Assembly (NCBI GenBank): GCA_036639955.1
Contig: JAVWHP010000006.1
Span: 23,328-87,327 of the forward strand
DNA from: Erysipelotrichaceae bacterium
Lineage (GTDB): Bacteria > Bacillota_I > Bacilli_A > Erysipelotrichales > Erysipelotrichaceae
Length of the DNA: 64,000 nt
Reading direction: 5' to 3'
Positions 18,431-28,145 of the stretch are shown here, in pieces. Both the position numbers and the translations under genes were made by a program. The notes beneath the pieces are model-generated. The model was not told where the DNA came from. It searched no databases and saw only the letters and a list, made by a program, of their open reading frames with translations. Positions within the stretch are counted from its first letter, which is position 1. Every line of letters starts with the position of its first letter.

Positions 18431-20392
18431 TTAGTTTTCTTCTAATTCCATAGCTTTTAAGCTAATAAATGGTTTACCTTCACCTGTATAGTAACGTGAG
18501 AATAGTTCATAGAATTCAAGTCTAAGTACTTGTATTCCTACAATCATTCCTTCCATTCCCATAACAAATAGATTACCTAATATAATTACTATAATACTTC
18601 CTGCTCCTCCTACCATTTCTGATAATGTCATAACTACTAACATCATTCCAGCATGAGATAGTACAAATCCCGCTACTCTTAAGAATGACATTGTGTTAGT
18701 AATAAATGTTAGCATTACTTCAAACATTTCAAAGAAGCTTTCTGTAATAAATGCGCCTATTCCGTTAGGAAAGGGTGCTTGTTTCATAAATATATTACCT
18801 AATGGTTCTTTAAAGAACATTAGTAATATTGGCACTACTATAAGTAGTCCTATATAAAATGGATTCATAACATTAATATTAAAGCCTATTAATAGTCCTG
18901 CTCCACATAATATAGCTAAATAGAATACAAGTCCGGCTATTCCATTGCTAGAACACCATAACTCACATTTAACGTGATGTTTTATACTTAAATAAGTATT
19001 AAGTACCATTGCGCTTACTAGTAGTACTGCTCCTATTACTAGTGTAGTTATTAATAATGGCATTATAAAGTTTGAATCCAGTACTTCAATTGGTTTATCA
19101 ACCATATTTAATCCATTAGTAAATATCGGTGTTAGTATTTCTTCATTTCCAAAAAATGATCCATACCAAAATCCAAAGAATGCTGAGAACATCCCAATTC
19201 TTACGCCTATTGCTGCTAACTCTAAATGAGTTACCTTATATAGAATTGCTCCTAATATAATTAGTAATAAACCTTGTCCTAAATCTCCAAACATAATGCC
19301 AAATAGTATTGAGTAAGATATCGCTACAAACAATGTAGGGTCAAAGTCTTCATAACTTGGCATTCCATACATTTCTACAAAAAGTTGAAATGGCCTGGCA
19401 AACCACCTGTTTCGTAACTTCGTAGGTGGTGTTAAACGTTTATCACTGTGTGCAGGTCTGTCTTCAATTTCAACATTTTGCAAATCAGCAAATTTATTTT
19501 TAAGTTCTAGAACTTCGTTTTTGGCCACAAATCCAGTTATGGAAAACCTTTCACCTAAACATACTACATATTTTCTTGCTTCAAAAGTTTCATTATGGAA
19601 CTTTAAACTACTTGCATAGTTTGATAGTTCTTCTTTAGCTTTATCTAATAGACAATTGATTCTTTCATCAATTGTTTTAAGGTGTAGTTTGTTTGCATCT
19701 ATTTCTTCTTGTATAGTTTCTTCTGCTCTTGATGGAACACCATGTACAAATTCAGGTATTCTTACTCTTTCAAAATATAAAGAAGAGAATATATTGTCTA
19801 CTTCTCCTTCAAATCGCGGGGTCGTTATGTACATACACCAGCAATATGAACTATCTGAATTAAACTTCTTAAATACAAATGGTCGATCTGTATAGTACTT
19901 AATCTTATCTTCAGATCCTAATGGTAAACAACCGAATCTAACTTTTAAATATTTAGCATTAAATAATTCATCTAATGAAATATCAGTATCTTCTAAATTT
20001 TTTAATTGTATAATAGCACTTTCATAATCACCTATTACCTTATTAATTTCTTGTTTAGCATCACTAAGTTCATTAAATTTAGTCTGAATTTCATTAATAC
20101 TATTTTTAATAGCTAATAAATCTAGTTGTTTTGTATCTGTTTCATCCATATCTTTATTAGAGTCTTTAATAGTAGGTTTAATTCCCATTACCATTATTGC
20201 TTCGTTTAATAAAGTTATTACTTCAGGATATGGGTTATCATCATTTAATGTTTTTATAGCATGTACATTTTCTACAATTTTGCTTGCTAGTTCTGGATGA
20301 AAATTATCCAGTCTTGTAAATCTTAATAGCACTTCATCAAGATGTTCTTTATCTGAGATTATATTAACTAATCTCATTTTAACAATTGCCAT
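18431..20392 (-). CDS. ntpI: V/A-type ATPase subunit I (a-type stator)
   Basis: 653 aa with a soluble N-terminal half and a polytopic C-terminal half containing LRLxxxxxxH-type motifs (FLRVAGFVLSHAG). Confidence 0.9.
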   Translation of the reverse strand: MAIVKMRLVNIISDKEHLDEVLLRFTRLDNFHPELASKIVENVHAIKTLNDDNPYPEVITLLNEAIMVMGIKPTIKDSNKDMDETDTKQLDLLAIKNSINEIQTKFNELSDAKQEINKVIGDYESAIIQLKNLEDTDISLDELFNAKYLKVRFGCLPLGSEDKIKYYTDRPFVFKKFNSDSSYCWCMYITTPRFEGEVDNIFSSLYFERVRIPEFVHGVPSRAEETIQEEIDANKLHLKTIDERINCLLDKAKEELSNYASSLKFHNETFEARKYVVCLGERFSITGFVAKNEVLELKNKFADLQNVEIEDRPAHSDKRLTPPTKLRNRWFARPFQLFVEMYGMPSYEDFDPTLFVAISYSILFGIMFGDLGQGLLLIILGAILYKVTHLELAAIGVRIGMFSAFFGFWYGSFFGNEEILTPIFTNGLNMVDKPIEVLDSNFIMPLLITTLVIGAVLLVSAMVLNTYLSIKHHVKCELWCSSNGIAGLVFYLAILCGAGLLIGFNINVMNPFYIGLLIVVPILLMFFKEPLGNIFMKQAPFPNGIGAFITESFFEMFEVMLTFITNTMSFLRVAGFVLSHAGMMLVVMTLSEMVGGAGSIIVIILGNLFVMGMEGMIVGIQVLRLEFYELFSRYYTGEGKPFISLKAMELEEN

Positions 20393-20407
20393 TTTAAAAC
20401 CTCCTTT

Positions 20408-21448
20408 TTATATAATCAATAGTTTTTCCATTTCTTCTACACTCATTCCATATCTTATGCCTTCTATAATGTTAGTAATATTAGCTATTTCTAACTTATG
20501 TAATTGCATATAAGATGTATAAACACTAGGAGCACTATTAGAGTAATTCATAAATCTTTCTCCTAGATGATATCTAATTTTATCTGCATAATATTCAATA
20601 TAAACATAATCTTTTTCATCACTAAACATTTTATAGTTAGATGATTCTAAAGCTTTCATAAATTCAGTTGCATCAGTATCTTCTATCATTCTATTTAATT
20701 CTTTTAATGGTATTCTAAAATGAAAATCAATTAGAGATGCTTTAATTTCTTCACTGCTTGCATTAAAGAATTTTTTCATACGATAAATTTTAATAATATT
20801 AGATAGTTCTATTCCTGAATATAATATACTTTTTAAATCTTTATTTAAAGATTTCTTATAGTATTTATCTATCATTTTATCAATTAAATCATAGTAGAAC
20901 TTCTTTAATAATATTTCACATTTATGAAAGTTCATTGTTGTTTTATCAACTAAATACGGTTTCAATATATTAGCATATGGTGTAGATTTGATGCATTTAG
21001 CTACTTCTAAATAACTTGTAGCTTTAGCTAAATTCATCATATCAAAATGTGTATACTTTTTCATAAACATTGGGATAGAACTTATAAATTTCATTGTGTC
21101 ATAATCTTCATTGATAAGTTGAGTTAATTTGTTTAGGATTAAATCTATTTCTATTTCATATACTTCATATTTATAAAACTCTAGATCGGACGATGTTGCA
21201 TAACGCATCAGTTTAAGCCCTTTTTCAAATAAATCTTGTTTTAGGAGTTCTTCTAGTTGTTGGCGATGTATACTATTATCTCTAACATCTTTTAGAATAT
21301 CTTTATAATCTGTTTCTTGTTTTAAATAGCTTACAATTTCAGCAATATTTCTTTTATGCATTAGTTCTGTATAGTTATTTAATCTTAAACGTCTACCATA
21401 CATTGCTTTAGCTTTAGTAGAAATAGCATTAGTTGATAGTGATAGCAT
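20408..21448 (-). CDS. ntpC: V/A-type ATPase subunit C (d-type)
   Basis: 346-aa all-helical protein in the expected operon context. Confidence 0.75.
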   Translation of the reverse strand: MLSLSTNAISTKAKAMYGRRLRLNNYTELMHKRNIAEIVSYLKQETDYKDILKDVRDNSIHRQQLEELLKQDLFEKGLKLMRYATSSDLEFYKYEVYEIEIDLILNKLTQLINEDYDTMKFISSIPMFMKKYTHFDMMNLAKATSYLEVAKCIKSTPYANILKPYLVDKTTMNFHKCEILLKKFYYDLIDKMIDKYYKKSLNKDLKSILYSGIELSNIIKIYRMKKFFNASSEEIKASLIDFHFRIPLKELNRMIEDTDATEFMKALESSNYKMFSDEKDYVYIEYYADKIRYHLGERFMNYSNSAPSVYTSYMQLHKLEIANITNIIEGIRYGMSVEEMEKLLII

Positions 21449-21459
21449 TAAATCACCTC

Positions 21460-21771
21460 TTAGCTTTCTATACAGGCTTTAAGCATGTAGTCTATCCATG
21501 TATCTTTATTTTCTTCACAATACCTTTGAAGAGAGGCTACAGTTTTTTCTAATTCTATATCGCTTTGTTTTTGTAATGCTTCTAATTCTAAATCAATAGC
21601 ATTAAGTGCTGCATCGATTTCTTTCTTTGTTTCTTTTTCATATTTCTTTAGAATAGCTGTTTTTTCTTTTTTAACGGACTCGCCAATATTAGCTTTAATA
21701 TCTATGGCTTCAATTACTTTTTCTTGCGCTAATTTATCAGCATTAAGAATATCTTTAATTATATTATCCAA
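21460..21771 (-). CDS. V/A-type ATPase small stalk subunit (G/H-like)
   Basis: Roughly 100-aa coiled-coil protein encoded by the first gene of the operon. A TTG start at 21771 lies 7 nt after GGAGG; the ATG alternatives (21789, 21825) lack an SD. Confidence 0.55.
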   Translation of the reverse strand: MDNIIKDILNADKLAQEKVIEAIDIKANIGESVKKEKTAILKKYEKETKKEIDAALNAIDLELEALQKQSDIELEKTVASLQRYCEENKDTWIDYMLKACIES

Positions 21772-21910
21772 TGTAATTCCTCCAATCATTAGGTTTAATA
21801 AAAACCATCTTAAGTATACTACCATTCTAATGTTAATTCAAATATATAAAACTTTAATAATATGCTTATTTAATCATATTATAGAGCAATCTTTATATGA
21901 ATTCAGAATA

Positions 21911-21930
21911 GTGTTAAGACGGTGTTAAGA
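21911..21930. promoter_or_regulatory. Tandem direct repeat GTGTTAAGA-cg-GTGTTAAGA upstream of the V-ATPase operon
   Basis: Two exact 9-mers with 11-bp periodicity, about 25 nt upstream of a minus-strand TATAAT (21881-21886) that has no good -35. Confidence 0.4.
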
Positions 21931-21962
21931 ATATATGAAATGTAATTGCTTTCAATAGTAAA

Positions 21963-22904
21963 TTAATTCAATTTACTATTAAAATACTGTAATAATAGTG
22001 GTTTAGATATAAAGATTTCTTTCTTATTAAGATATGCTAAGAAATGGTCGTTTTCGAAATTAAATTTAACTTTATAGGCACATAATGCTTGATATTTAAA
22101 TTCAGTTTGTTGTGCTCCATATTTAATGTCTGATAATAATGGATGTTTAAGTGCTGCGAACTGTGCTCGTATTTGGTGAGATTTACCACTTATTAGATTG
22201 ACTTCACATAGACTGTAGTCCTTTTTTTCTTCTAATACTTTATAGCCAGTTTCAACTTTTACATAACCAGTTTCACAATGATCAATAATTTTAGCAATAT
22301 TATTATCTAATTTTTTATGATAACCAATTAACATGTCTTGTTTCTTTGGCATTCTTCCTTCACATATGCATAGATAGGTCTTTTCTATTTGGTGTTCTAG
22401 AATAGCATTATTTATTGATCTTATGGTTGCTGCATTCTTAGCTGCTATTACTAGTCCTTCAGTATTACGATCGATTCGATGTGCTAAAGCTGGTGTAAAA
22501 CTTAATTCTTCATTTGGATTGTAAACTTTTGTAACATATAAATAATGTTTAACTCGATTAATTAAAGTATCAACTGTTTCATTTATATCACTATGAGTAA
22601 TTAAACCTATAGGTTTATTAATTATTAAGATGTTGTCATCCTCATATACGATATCTAAAGAACTACTAGCTTTAAGAAAGTTGTAGTCATGTTCATCTTT
22701 AAAGAATTCTTCAGCGATATAACATTGTATAGTATCGCCTACTTGTAGTCGTTGTGATATTTCGCAACGACTACGATTAACCTTTATTTTCTTATTTCTT
22801 ATATATTTATACATTAAAGCTTTAGGTATTTCATTTAATGTTTTAGTTATAAATTTATCCACTCTTTGATCTGCATCATTTTCTTTAATTATGAATTCTC
22901 TCAT
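21963..22904 (-). CDS. RluA-family 23S rRNA/tRNA pseudouridine synthase (S4 + catalytic domain)
   Basis: HRIDRNTEGL catalytic Asp motif, GKSHQIRAQ motif and an N-terminal S4-like domain. Confidence 0.88.
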   Translation of the reverse strand: MREFIIKENDADQRVDKFITKTLNEIPKALMYKYIRNKKIKVNRSRCEISQRLQVGDTIQCYIAEEFFKDEHDYNFLKASSSLDIVYEDDNILIINKPIGLITHSDINETVDTLINRVKHYLYVTKVYNPNEELSFTPALAHRIDRNTEGLVIAAKNAATIRSINNAILEHQIEKTYLCICEGRMPKKQDMLIGYHKKLDNNIAKIIDHCETGYVKVETGYKVLEEKKDYSLCEVNLISGKSHQIRAQFAALKHPLLSDIKYGAQQTEFKYQALCAYKVKFNFENDHFLAYLNKKEIFISKPLLLQYFNSKLN

Positions 22905-22917
22905 TAATGTAAGCTCC

Positions 22918-23376
22918 TTAATTTTTTATATTATTTAAAACATCATAAAGTTCTAAAGCTGATTCTTTTTGTTTAGCAATATCATTACTTCCAGAATTAT
23001 TAGTTATTTGAAATTTAAGGTTACCTCCATTTATAGTATTAATACTATAAATATACTTATTTAAAAAACCTTTTTTAATATCTATATATGCAATAGAATT
23101 AAATGGAATTTTAATTGAACAATTCTCCTGGTCTGGTTTAAATGTATTTAATACAACTATTATAATTTTATTATCTACTATACCGAAATAAGCATATTCA
23201 TTAGATAATATATTTTTTAATGATTTAGTGTTATTGTATATTACTTCTATCGAGGTATCGTTTAATAATTCAGTGTTGGAAGTGATAATTGAGCCTCCTA
23301 GTTTTATTGAATATTCATGTGTAGCAACGATTTTAGTTAAGAGTTGATTTAATACTTTATCATTTAATGTTTTCAT
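22918..23376 (-). CDS. Hypothetical protein (possibly a bacterial PH-like domain)
   Basis: 152-aa ORF tightly following the rlu gene. I recognise no family with confidence. Confidence 0.5.
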   Translation of the reverse strand: MKTLNDKVLNQLLTKIVATHEYSIKLGGSIITSNTELLNDTSIEVIYNNTKSLKNILSNEYAYFGIVDNKIIIVVLNTFKPDQENCSIKIPFNSIAYIDIKKGFLNKYIYSINTINGGNLKFQITNNSGSNDIAKQKESALELYDVLNNIKN

Positions 23377-23428
23377 AAGTTTACCTGCCTTTCGTTTAAT
23401 TATACCTTTAATTATATAAATTACAACT

Positions 23429-23458
23429 AAAAAAGGTTTCTCTTTTTAGAGAAACCTT
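23429..23458 (-). terminator. Terminator of the Leu-Cys-Leu tRNA cluster
   Basis: AAGGTTTCTC-ttttta-GAGAAACCTT hairpin; a plus-strand A-run gives a U-run on the minus transcript. Confidence 0.75.
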
Positions 23459-23470
23459 AACTTTAATAAA

Positions 23471-23557
23471 TGGTGGGGCCGGGGGGACTTGAACCCCCAC
23501 GGGATTGCTCCCAACGGATTTTAAGTCCGTTGCGTCTGCCGATTTCGCCACGGCCCC
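23471..23557 (-). tRNA. tRNA-Leu (UAA), copy 1
   Basis: GGGGCCGTGGCGAAATCGGCAGACGCAACGGACTTAAAATCCGTTGGGAGCAATCCCGTGGGGGTTCAAGTCCCCCCGGCCCCACCA. Confidence 0.9.
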
Positions 23558-23588
23558 ATGAGTAATAAATATATTAAATTTTAGTAAA

Positions 23589-23662
23589 TGGAGGTTCCAA
23601 TCGGATTTGAACCGATGATCACAGAGTTGCAGTCTATTGCCTTACCACTTGGCTATGGAACC
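23589..23662 (-). tRNA. tRNA-Cys (GCA)
   Basis: GGTTCCATAGCCAAGTGGTAAGGCAATAGACTGCAACTCTGT...TGGAACCTCCA, with discriminator U73. Confidence 0.88.
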
Positions 23663-23686
23663 ATAAATAAAAAGCAATTAAATAAA

Positions 23687-23773
23687 TGGTGGGGCCGGGG
23701 GGACTTGAACCCCCACGGGATTGCTCCCAACGGATTTTAAGTCCGTTGCGTCTGCCGATTTCGCCACGGCCCC
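23687..23773 (-). tRNA. tRNA-Leu (UAA), copy 2 (identical to copy 1)
   Basis: Same 87-nt sequence as 23471-23557. Confidence 0.9.
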
Positions 23774-23793
23774 ATGAATTTCACTGCTTTAAT

Positions 23794-23822
23794 ATTATAT
23801 AAAATTATCAGTGAAATTGCAA
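23794..23822 (-). promoter_or_regulatory. Promoter of the Leu-Cys-Leu tRNA cluster
   Basis: The minus strand reads TTGCAA, a 17-nt spacer, then TATAAT. The 10-bp inverted repeat AATTTCACTG / CAGTGAAATT brackets the -10. Confidence 0.6.
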
Positions 23823-23859
23823 CAACTAATTTACTTTTTTTTCAAAAAACCTCAATAAT

Positions 23860-24903
23860 TTAACTACTCTTAACTCTAATCCATAAGTTTGCCAGTTCTT
23901 TCTTCATTTCTTCATCATAAGCAAACACCTCATCTTTAGCATAATTCGATCTAGGAAGGTACGCAGGATTACCATTAAAGTCTCCCCCTTCACTAACCAT
24001 ATCATCTAAAACTTCTTGATTAGTACTAGCATAACCTACAGTTAATGAATTATCATAACTAGATTCATAATCTAATATAAAGTTTATAAATTCATTAGCT
24101 AATTCAGGATTTTTAGCATTATTAGGTATTACCATCGAATCACTCCAAAGATTAGTCCCTTCCTTAGGTAAAAAATAACGCATTGAGCTATTCTCACTTA
24201 AGATATAAGCAGCATCTCCACTATAAACAATACCAATATCTTTTTGATTACTTACCATTCCATCTATTACCTCATCTGTAACATAAGTAGGATCATTATT
24301 ATCATTTAATTCTTTTAACCAATTATAAGCTGCTTGTACTTCATCCTTATTAGTAGTATTCATCGAATAACCTAAGGCTTTAAAAGCCATCATAAAAGAA
24401 TCACGTTCTGAATCATATATAAACATCTTACCTTTGTATTTAGGATTCTTTAAAACATTATATCCTTGTTCTTCTACATCACTTTTAGATACAGTATCAC
24501 TATTGTATATTATTCCTACTGATCCCCAAAAATAAGGTACTGCATAATCATTATTAGGGTCATAAGGCAAATTTTTAACTCCATCCGCTAATTTATCAAG
24601 ATTAGGTATCTTAGTTTTATCAAGTTTTTGTAAGTATTTTTCTTGCATTAATCTTTCAATCATATAATCACTAGGTACTAATATATCCCAGGTTTCTCCA
24701 CTTTTTAATTTAGTATACATTTCTTCATTACTAGGAAAGATATCATATTGAACTTTACAATTATAGGCACTTTCAAAATTAGATATAACATCTTCACCAA
24801 TGTATTCTCCCCAATTATATATTCTTAAAACTTGTTTATCACTATTACTTTGGCAACCACTACATAATACTAATAATATAACAGTTATAATTATTTTTTT
24901 CAT
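23860..24903 (-). CDS. potD: Spermidine/putrescine ABC transporter substrate-binding lipoprotein
   Basis: Lipobox LVLCSGC and PotD-type periplasmic binding-protein sequence. Last gene of the pot operon. Confidence 0.88.
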   Translation of the reverse strand: MKKIIITVILLVLCSGCQSNSDKQVLRIYNWGEYIGEDVISNFESAYNCKVQYDIFPSNEEMYTKLKSGETWDILVPSDYMIERLMQEKYLQKLDKTKIPNLDKLADGVKNLPYDPNNDYAVPYFWGSVGIIYNSDTVSKSDVEEQGYNVLKNPKYKGKMFIYDSERDSFMMAFKALGYSMNTTNKDEVQAAYNWLKELNDNNDPTYVTDEVIDGMVSNQKDIGIVYSGDAAYILSENSSMRYFLPKEGTNLWSDSMVIPNNAKNPELANEFINFILDYESSYDNSLTVGYASTNQEVLDDMVSEGGDFNGNPAYLPRSNYAKDEVFAYDEEMKKELANLWIRVKSS

Positions 24904-25706
24904 TCTATACCTCCTTTTACTTTTTTAAGTCTGCGTTCTTTGATAATAGGAACTACATTTATAATGATTAAAACTGTAGTTATGATTAATATTATGATTG
25001 TTGATAATGCATTTATAGATGGATTAACTCGTTTCGACATGGTGTATACTAGAATTGATATATTTTTAATATTATTACCTGTGACAAAGTAAGATATTAC
25101 AAAATCATCGAACGACATAGTAAAGGCGATTAGAGCTCCTGATATAATACCTGGCATTATTTGAGGAACTATAACTTTTCTTAAAGCTTGAAATGGTGTA
25201 GCACCTAAATCCATTGCAGCTTCACTTAAATTAGGATCTAAGCTTCTTAATTTAGGCATTACTGATAATATAACGTATGGTATACAAAATGCAATATGTG
25301 CTAATAACAAAGTTATAAAGCCTTTTTCAATATTTAAACTAACATAAAATAGCATTAAACCGATGGCTGTTACTATTTCAGGATTCATAATAGGTAAATC
25401 ATTAACTTGTAAAATTATGTCTTTAATAACTTTTTTAGATTTAGTTAATCCAATAGCAGTTATTGTTCCAACTATAGTAGATATGATAGTTGCTATTATA
25501 GCTATTAAGAAAGTATAGTAAATTGCTTCTAGCATATTGCGATTGCTAAACATTTTAGTATACCATCTTAAAGAAAATCCTTGCCAAGATGTTAAAGATC
25601 TTGAATCATTAAAAGAAAATACTATTACATATATAATAGGTAAATAGAAGAATAACATTATTAACGCTAAATATAGTTTACCAATAATACTTTTTTTTGG
25701 TTTCAT
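24900..25706 (-). CDS. potC: Spermidine/putrescine ABC transporter permease
   Basis: 268 aa, six TM segments, EAA loop (SEAAMDLGATPFQALRKV). Overlaps its neighbours. Confidence 0.88.
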   Translation of the reverse strand: MKPKKSIIGKLYLALIMLFFYLPIIYVIVFSFNDSRSLTSWQGFSLRWYTKMFSNRNMLEAIYYTFLIAIIATIISTIVGTITAIGLTKSKKVIKDIILQVNDLPIMNPEIVTAIGLMLFYVSLNIEKGFITLLLAHIAFCIPYVILSVMPKLRSLDPNLSEAAMDLGATPFQALRKVIVPQIMPGIISGALIAFTMSFDDFVISYFVTGNNIKNISILVYTMSKRVNPSINALSTIIILIITTVLIIINVVPIIKERRLKKVKGGIE

Positions 25707-26551
25707 TATATTTTCCCTCCTCCACTTTCCATTGTGTTATCTGTGTCAACTTTTCTAGTGATGTACATACTTAACATTATTATAGATGCCATTATAAGAG
25801 AGATTGCACTTCCAAAGTTCCATTCTCCTAGTGTAATGAATTGTTGTTCAATAAGGTTTCCGATAAGAACAAATTGTCCTCCGCCTAATAATTTAGGTAT
25901 AACAAAACTAGATACTGCTGGTAAGAATACTAATGTTATCCCTGATACTACTCCTGGTAATGATAGGGGTAAAGTAACTTTAAGAAAGGTTTGAATACTA
26001 TTAGCGCCTAAATCACTACTAGCTTCTAATAAGGAATTATCCATTTTAGATAATGATGAATGAATTTGTAATATCATAAATGGAACAAAGTTATATACCA
26101 TTCCTAAGATCACAGCAAAATCAGTGTACATCATTTTAATGGGAGCTACACCAAAGAAACCTAATATATTGTTGATTAAACCTGTATCTGATAGAATACC
26201 AATCCATGCATAAGTACGTACTAGCATGTTAATCCACATTGGAATAGTAATTAAAAGAATAAGAATCGTATGTTTAAGTCCATCGGTTTGAGCAATTATA
26301 TAGGCAATTGGATAGCCAATAATTAAACAAAAGATAGTTGTTATAAGGGCTATCCTTAATGATTTTAATAATACTGATATAAAGATAGGATCTGTAAAGA
26401 ATTTAATAAAATTATCAAATGTAAAATTTAGTGTAGCTACTTCATTACCTTGAGTAGTAAAGGCGTATAAAACAATAAGCAGCATAGGAATTAATAAAAA
26501 TATTCCCATCCATATAGCGTATGGATAAATTAATTTCTTATATGAGTTCAT
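25706..26551 (-). CDS. potB: Spermidine/putrescine ABC transporter permease
   Basis: 281 aa with EAA loop (LEASSDLGANSIQTFLKV). Confidence 0.88.
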   Translation of the reverse strand: MNSYKKLIYPYAIWMGIFLLIPMLLIVLYAFTTQGNEVATLNFTFDNFIKFFTDPIFISVLLKSLRIALITTIFCLIIGYPIAYIIAQTDGLKHTILILLITIPMWINMLVRTYAWIGILSDTGLINNILGFFGVAPIKMMYTDFAVILGMVYNFVPFMILQIHSSLSKMDNSLLEASSDLGANSIQTFLKVTLPLSLPGVVSGITLVFLPAVSSFVIPKLLGGGQFVLIGNLIEQQFITLGEWNFGSAISLIMASIIMLSMYITRKVDTDNTMESGGGKI

Positions 26552-26552
26552 T

Positions 26553-28130
26553 TTAATAACTTCCCATTTTAGACATTACATGTATATCTTCTGGTTTAAA
26601 ATCAAGGCCTACTTCACTACCTTCGATACTTAAATCTGTTGTATGCACTTTAAATTCTCTTCCGTTTGTTGAGAAAGTTACTTCATAGATTCCATCTGTA
26701 ATTGTTGCTGGATCAAAATCATAATCCACTTGGGTAATTTCAATGTTTTCTTCTTTGATTAGAGTCCAGGCTTGTGCGTTGGCCCATGTTTTTAGATCTG
26801 TATCTATTGCTTGTGATTCATGTAGTTCTTCAACACTCTTAAAGAAGTCAAAGGCAGCAATTGCTTCTTGAGCTTTTTCATTTTCAACATATAATTGTTT
26901 AACTACAATAATTTTAGTTGTAATGCTTGTTCCGTTATTTGTTGTAAAGGTTATTGGATAGGTTCCACGTACACTTTTAACATCATATTCTATTTTAGAT
27001 ATTGCAATAAATTCATTGTCAATTGAACTCCAGGCTTGAGCATCGGCACGAGCTACTACTTCAATATCATTAAGTTCATTTACATCTTCTTCACTTATAT
27101 AGAAGTCATTTGCTGATATATTCTCTTTAGTTAATGAGTCAGTTACTGGGTGTTCTTTTGATACATACATGGTTACTTTAACATTTGTACCAGGTACTGT
27201 TTCAACCATAGTTTCATAATGTACACCTTTAAATAAAATGGATTTTACAACACCGTTCATTTGACCTTGATTAATATTAACGATGTCAAGATCTTCAGGG
27301 CGTATAACAATGTCAACTTCTTCATCTTCATTAAAGCCAAAGTCAACACATTTATAATGGTTATCATCAAAAACAACATCATAGTCTTGATGCATACTAG
27401 CATTAATAATATTTGATTCTCCAATAAAGGTAGCTACATATTTATTTTCAGGTTCATTATAAATATCCATTGGAGAGCCTATTTGTTGAATTTCTCCATC
27501 TTTCATAACTACAATTTTGTCAGACATGGTTAAAGCTTCTTCTTGATCGTGAGTAACATATATAAAAGTAATTCCTACTTCTTGTTGAATTTTCTTTAAT
27601 TCATGTTGCATTTCTTTTCTTAGTTTAAGGTCTAATGCTCCTAATGGTTCATCAAGTAATAGAACTCTTGGTTCACATACTAAGGCTCTAGCTATTGCTA
27701 TTCTTTGTTGTTGGCCTCCTGACATTTGTGTAACACTACGTTTTTCAAAGCCTTCTAGTCCAACTAGTTTAAGCATTTTAAATACTTTTTGATCTATAAC
27801 ATCCTTGCTTATTTTTTTTATTTTAAGACCAAAAGCAATATTTTCATAAACATTCATATGTGGGAATAATGCATATTTTTGAAATACTGTATTTATTTCT
27901 CGTTTATAAGATGGAAGATTAACAATATCTTCATCTCCAAAAAGGACTTTTCCTTCAGTTGGGTTTAAAAAACCACCTAAAATTCTTAATAGGGTAGTTT
28001 TACCACATCCACTTGGGCCTAATAGAGTTACAAATTCATTTTCATAGATATCTAAATTTATACCTTTAAGGACTAAATTACCATCAAATTCTTTAACTAT
28101 ATTTTTAAATTGTATTAATTTTTCTGCCAT
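26553..28130 (-). CDS. potA: Spermidine/putrescine ABC transporter ATPase with ~180-aa insertion in the C-terminal regulatory domain
   Basis: Walker [10 protein letters not shown], signature MSGGQQQR and Walker B LLLDEP. It is 525 aa, against about 370-385 aa for ordinary PotA as I recall. Confidence 0.9.
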   Translation of the reverse strand: MAEKLIQFKNIVKEFDGNLVLKGINLDIYENEFVTLLGPSGCGKTTLLRILGGFLNPTEGKVLFGDEDIVNLPSYKREINTVFQKYALFPHMNVYENIAFGLKIKKISKDVIDQKVFKMLKLVGLEGFEKRSVTQMSGGQQQRIAIARALVCEPRVLLLDEPLGALDLKLRKEMQHELKKIQQEVGITFIYVTHDQEEALTMSDKIVVMKDGEIQQIGSPMDIYNEPENKYVATFIGESNIINASMHQDYDVVFDDNHYKCVDFGFNEDEEVDIVIRPEDLDIVNINQGQMNGVVKSILFKGVHYETMVETVPGTNVKVTMYVSKEHPVTDSLTKENISANDFYISEEDVNELNDIEVVARADAQAWSSIDNEFIAISKIEYDVKSVRGTYPITFTTNNGTSITTKIIVVKQLYVENEKAQEAIAAFDFFKSVEELHESQAIDTDLKTWANAQAWTLIKEENIEITQVDYDFDPATITDGIYEVTFSTNGREFKVHTTDLSIEGSEVGLDFKPEDIHVMSKMGSY

Positions 28131-28145
28131 AATATGTGCTCCTTT

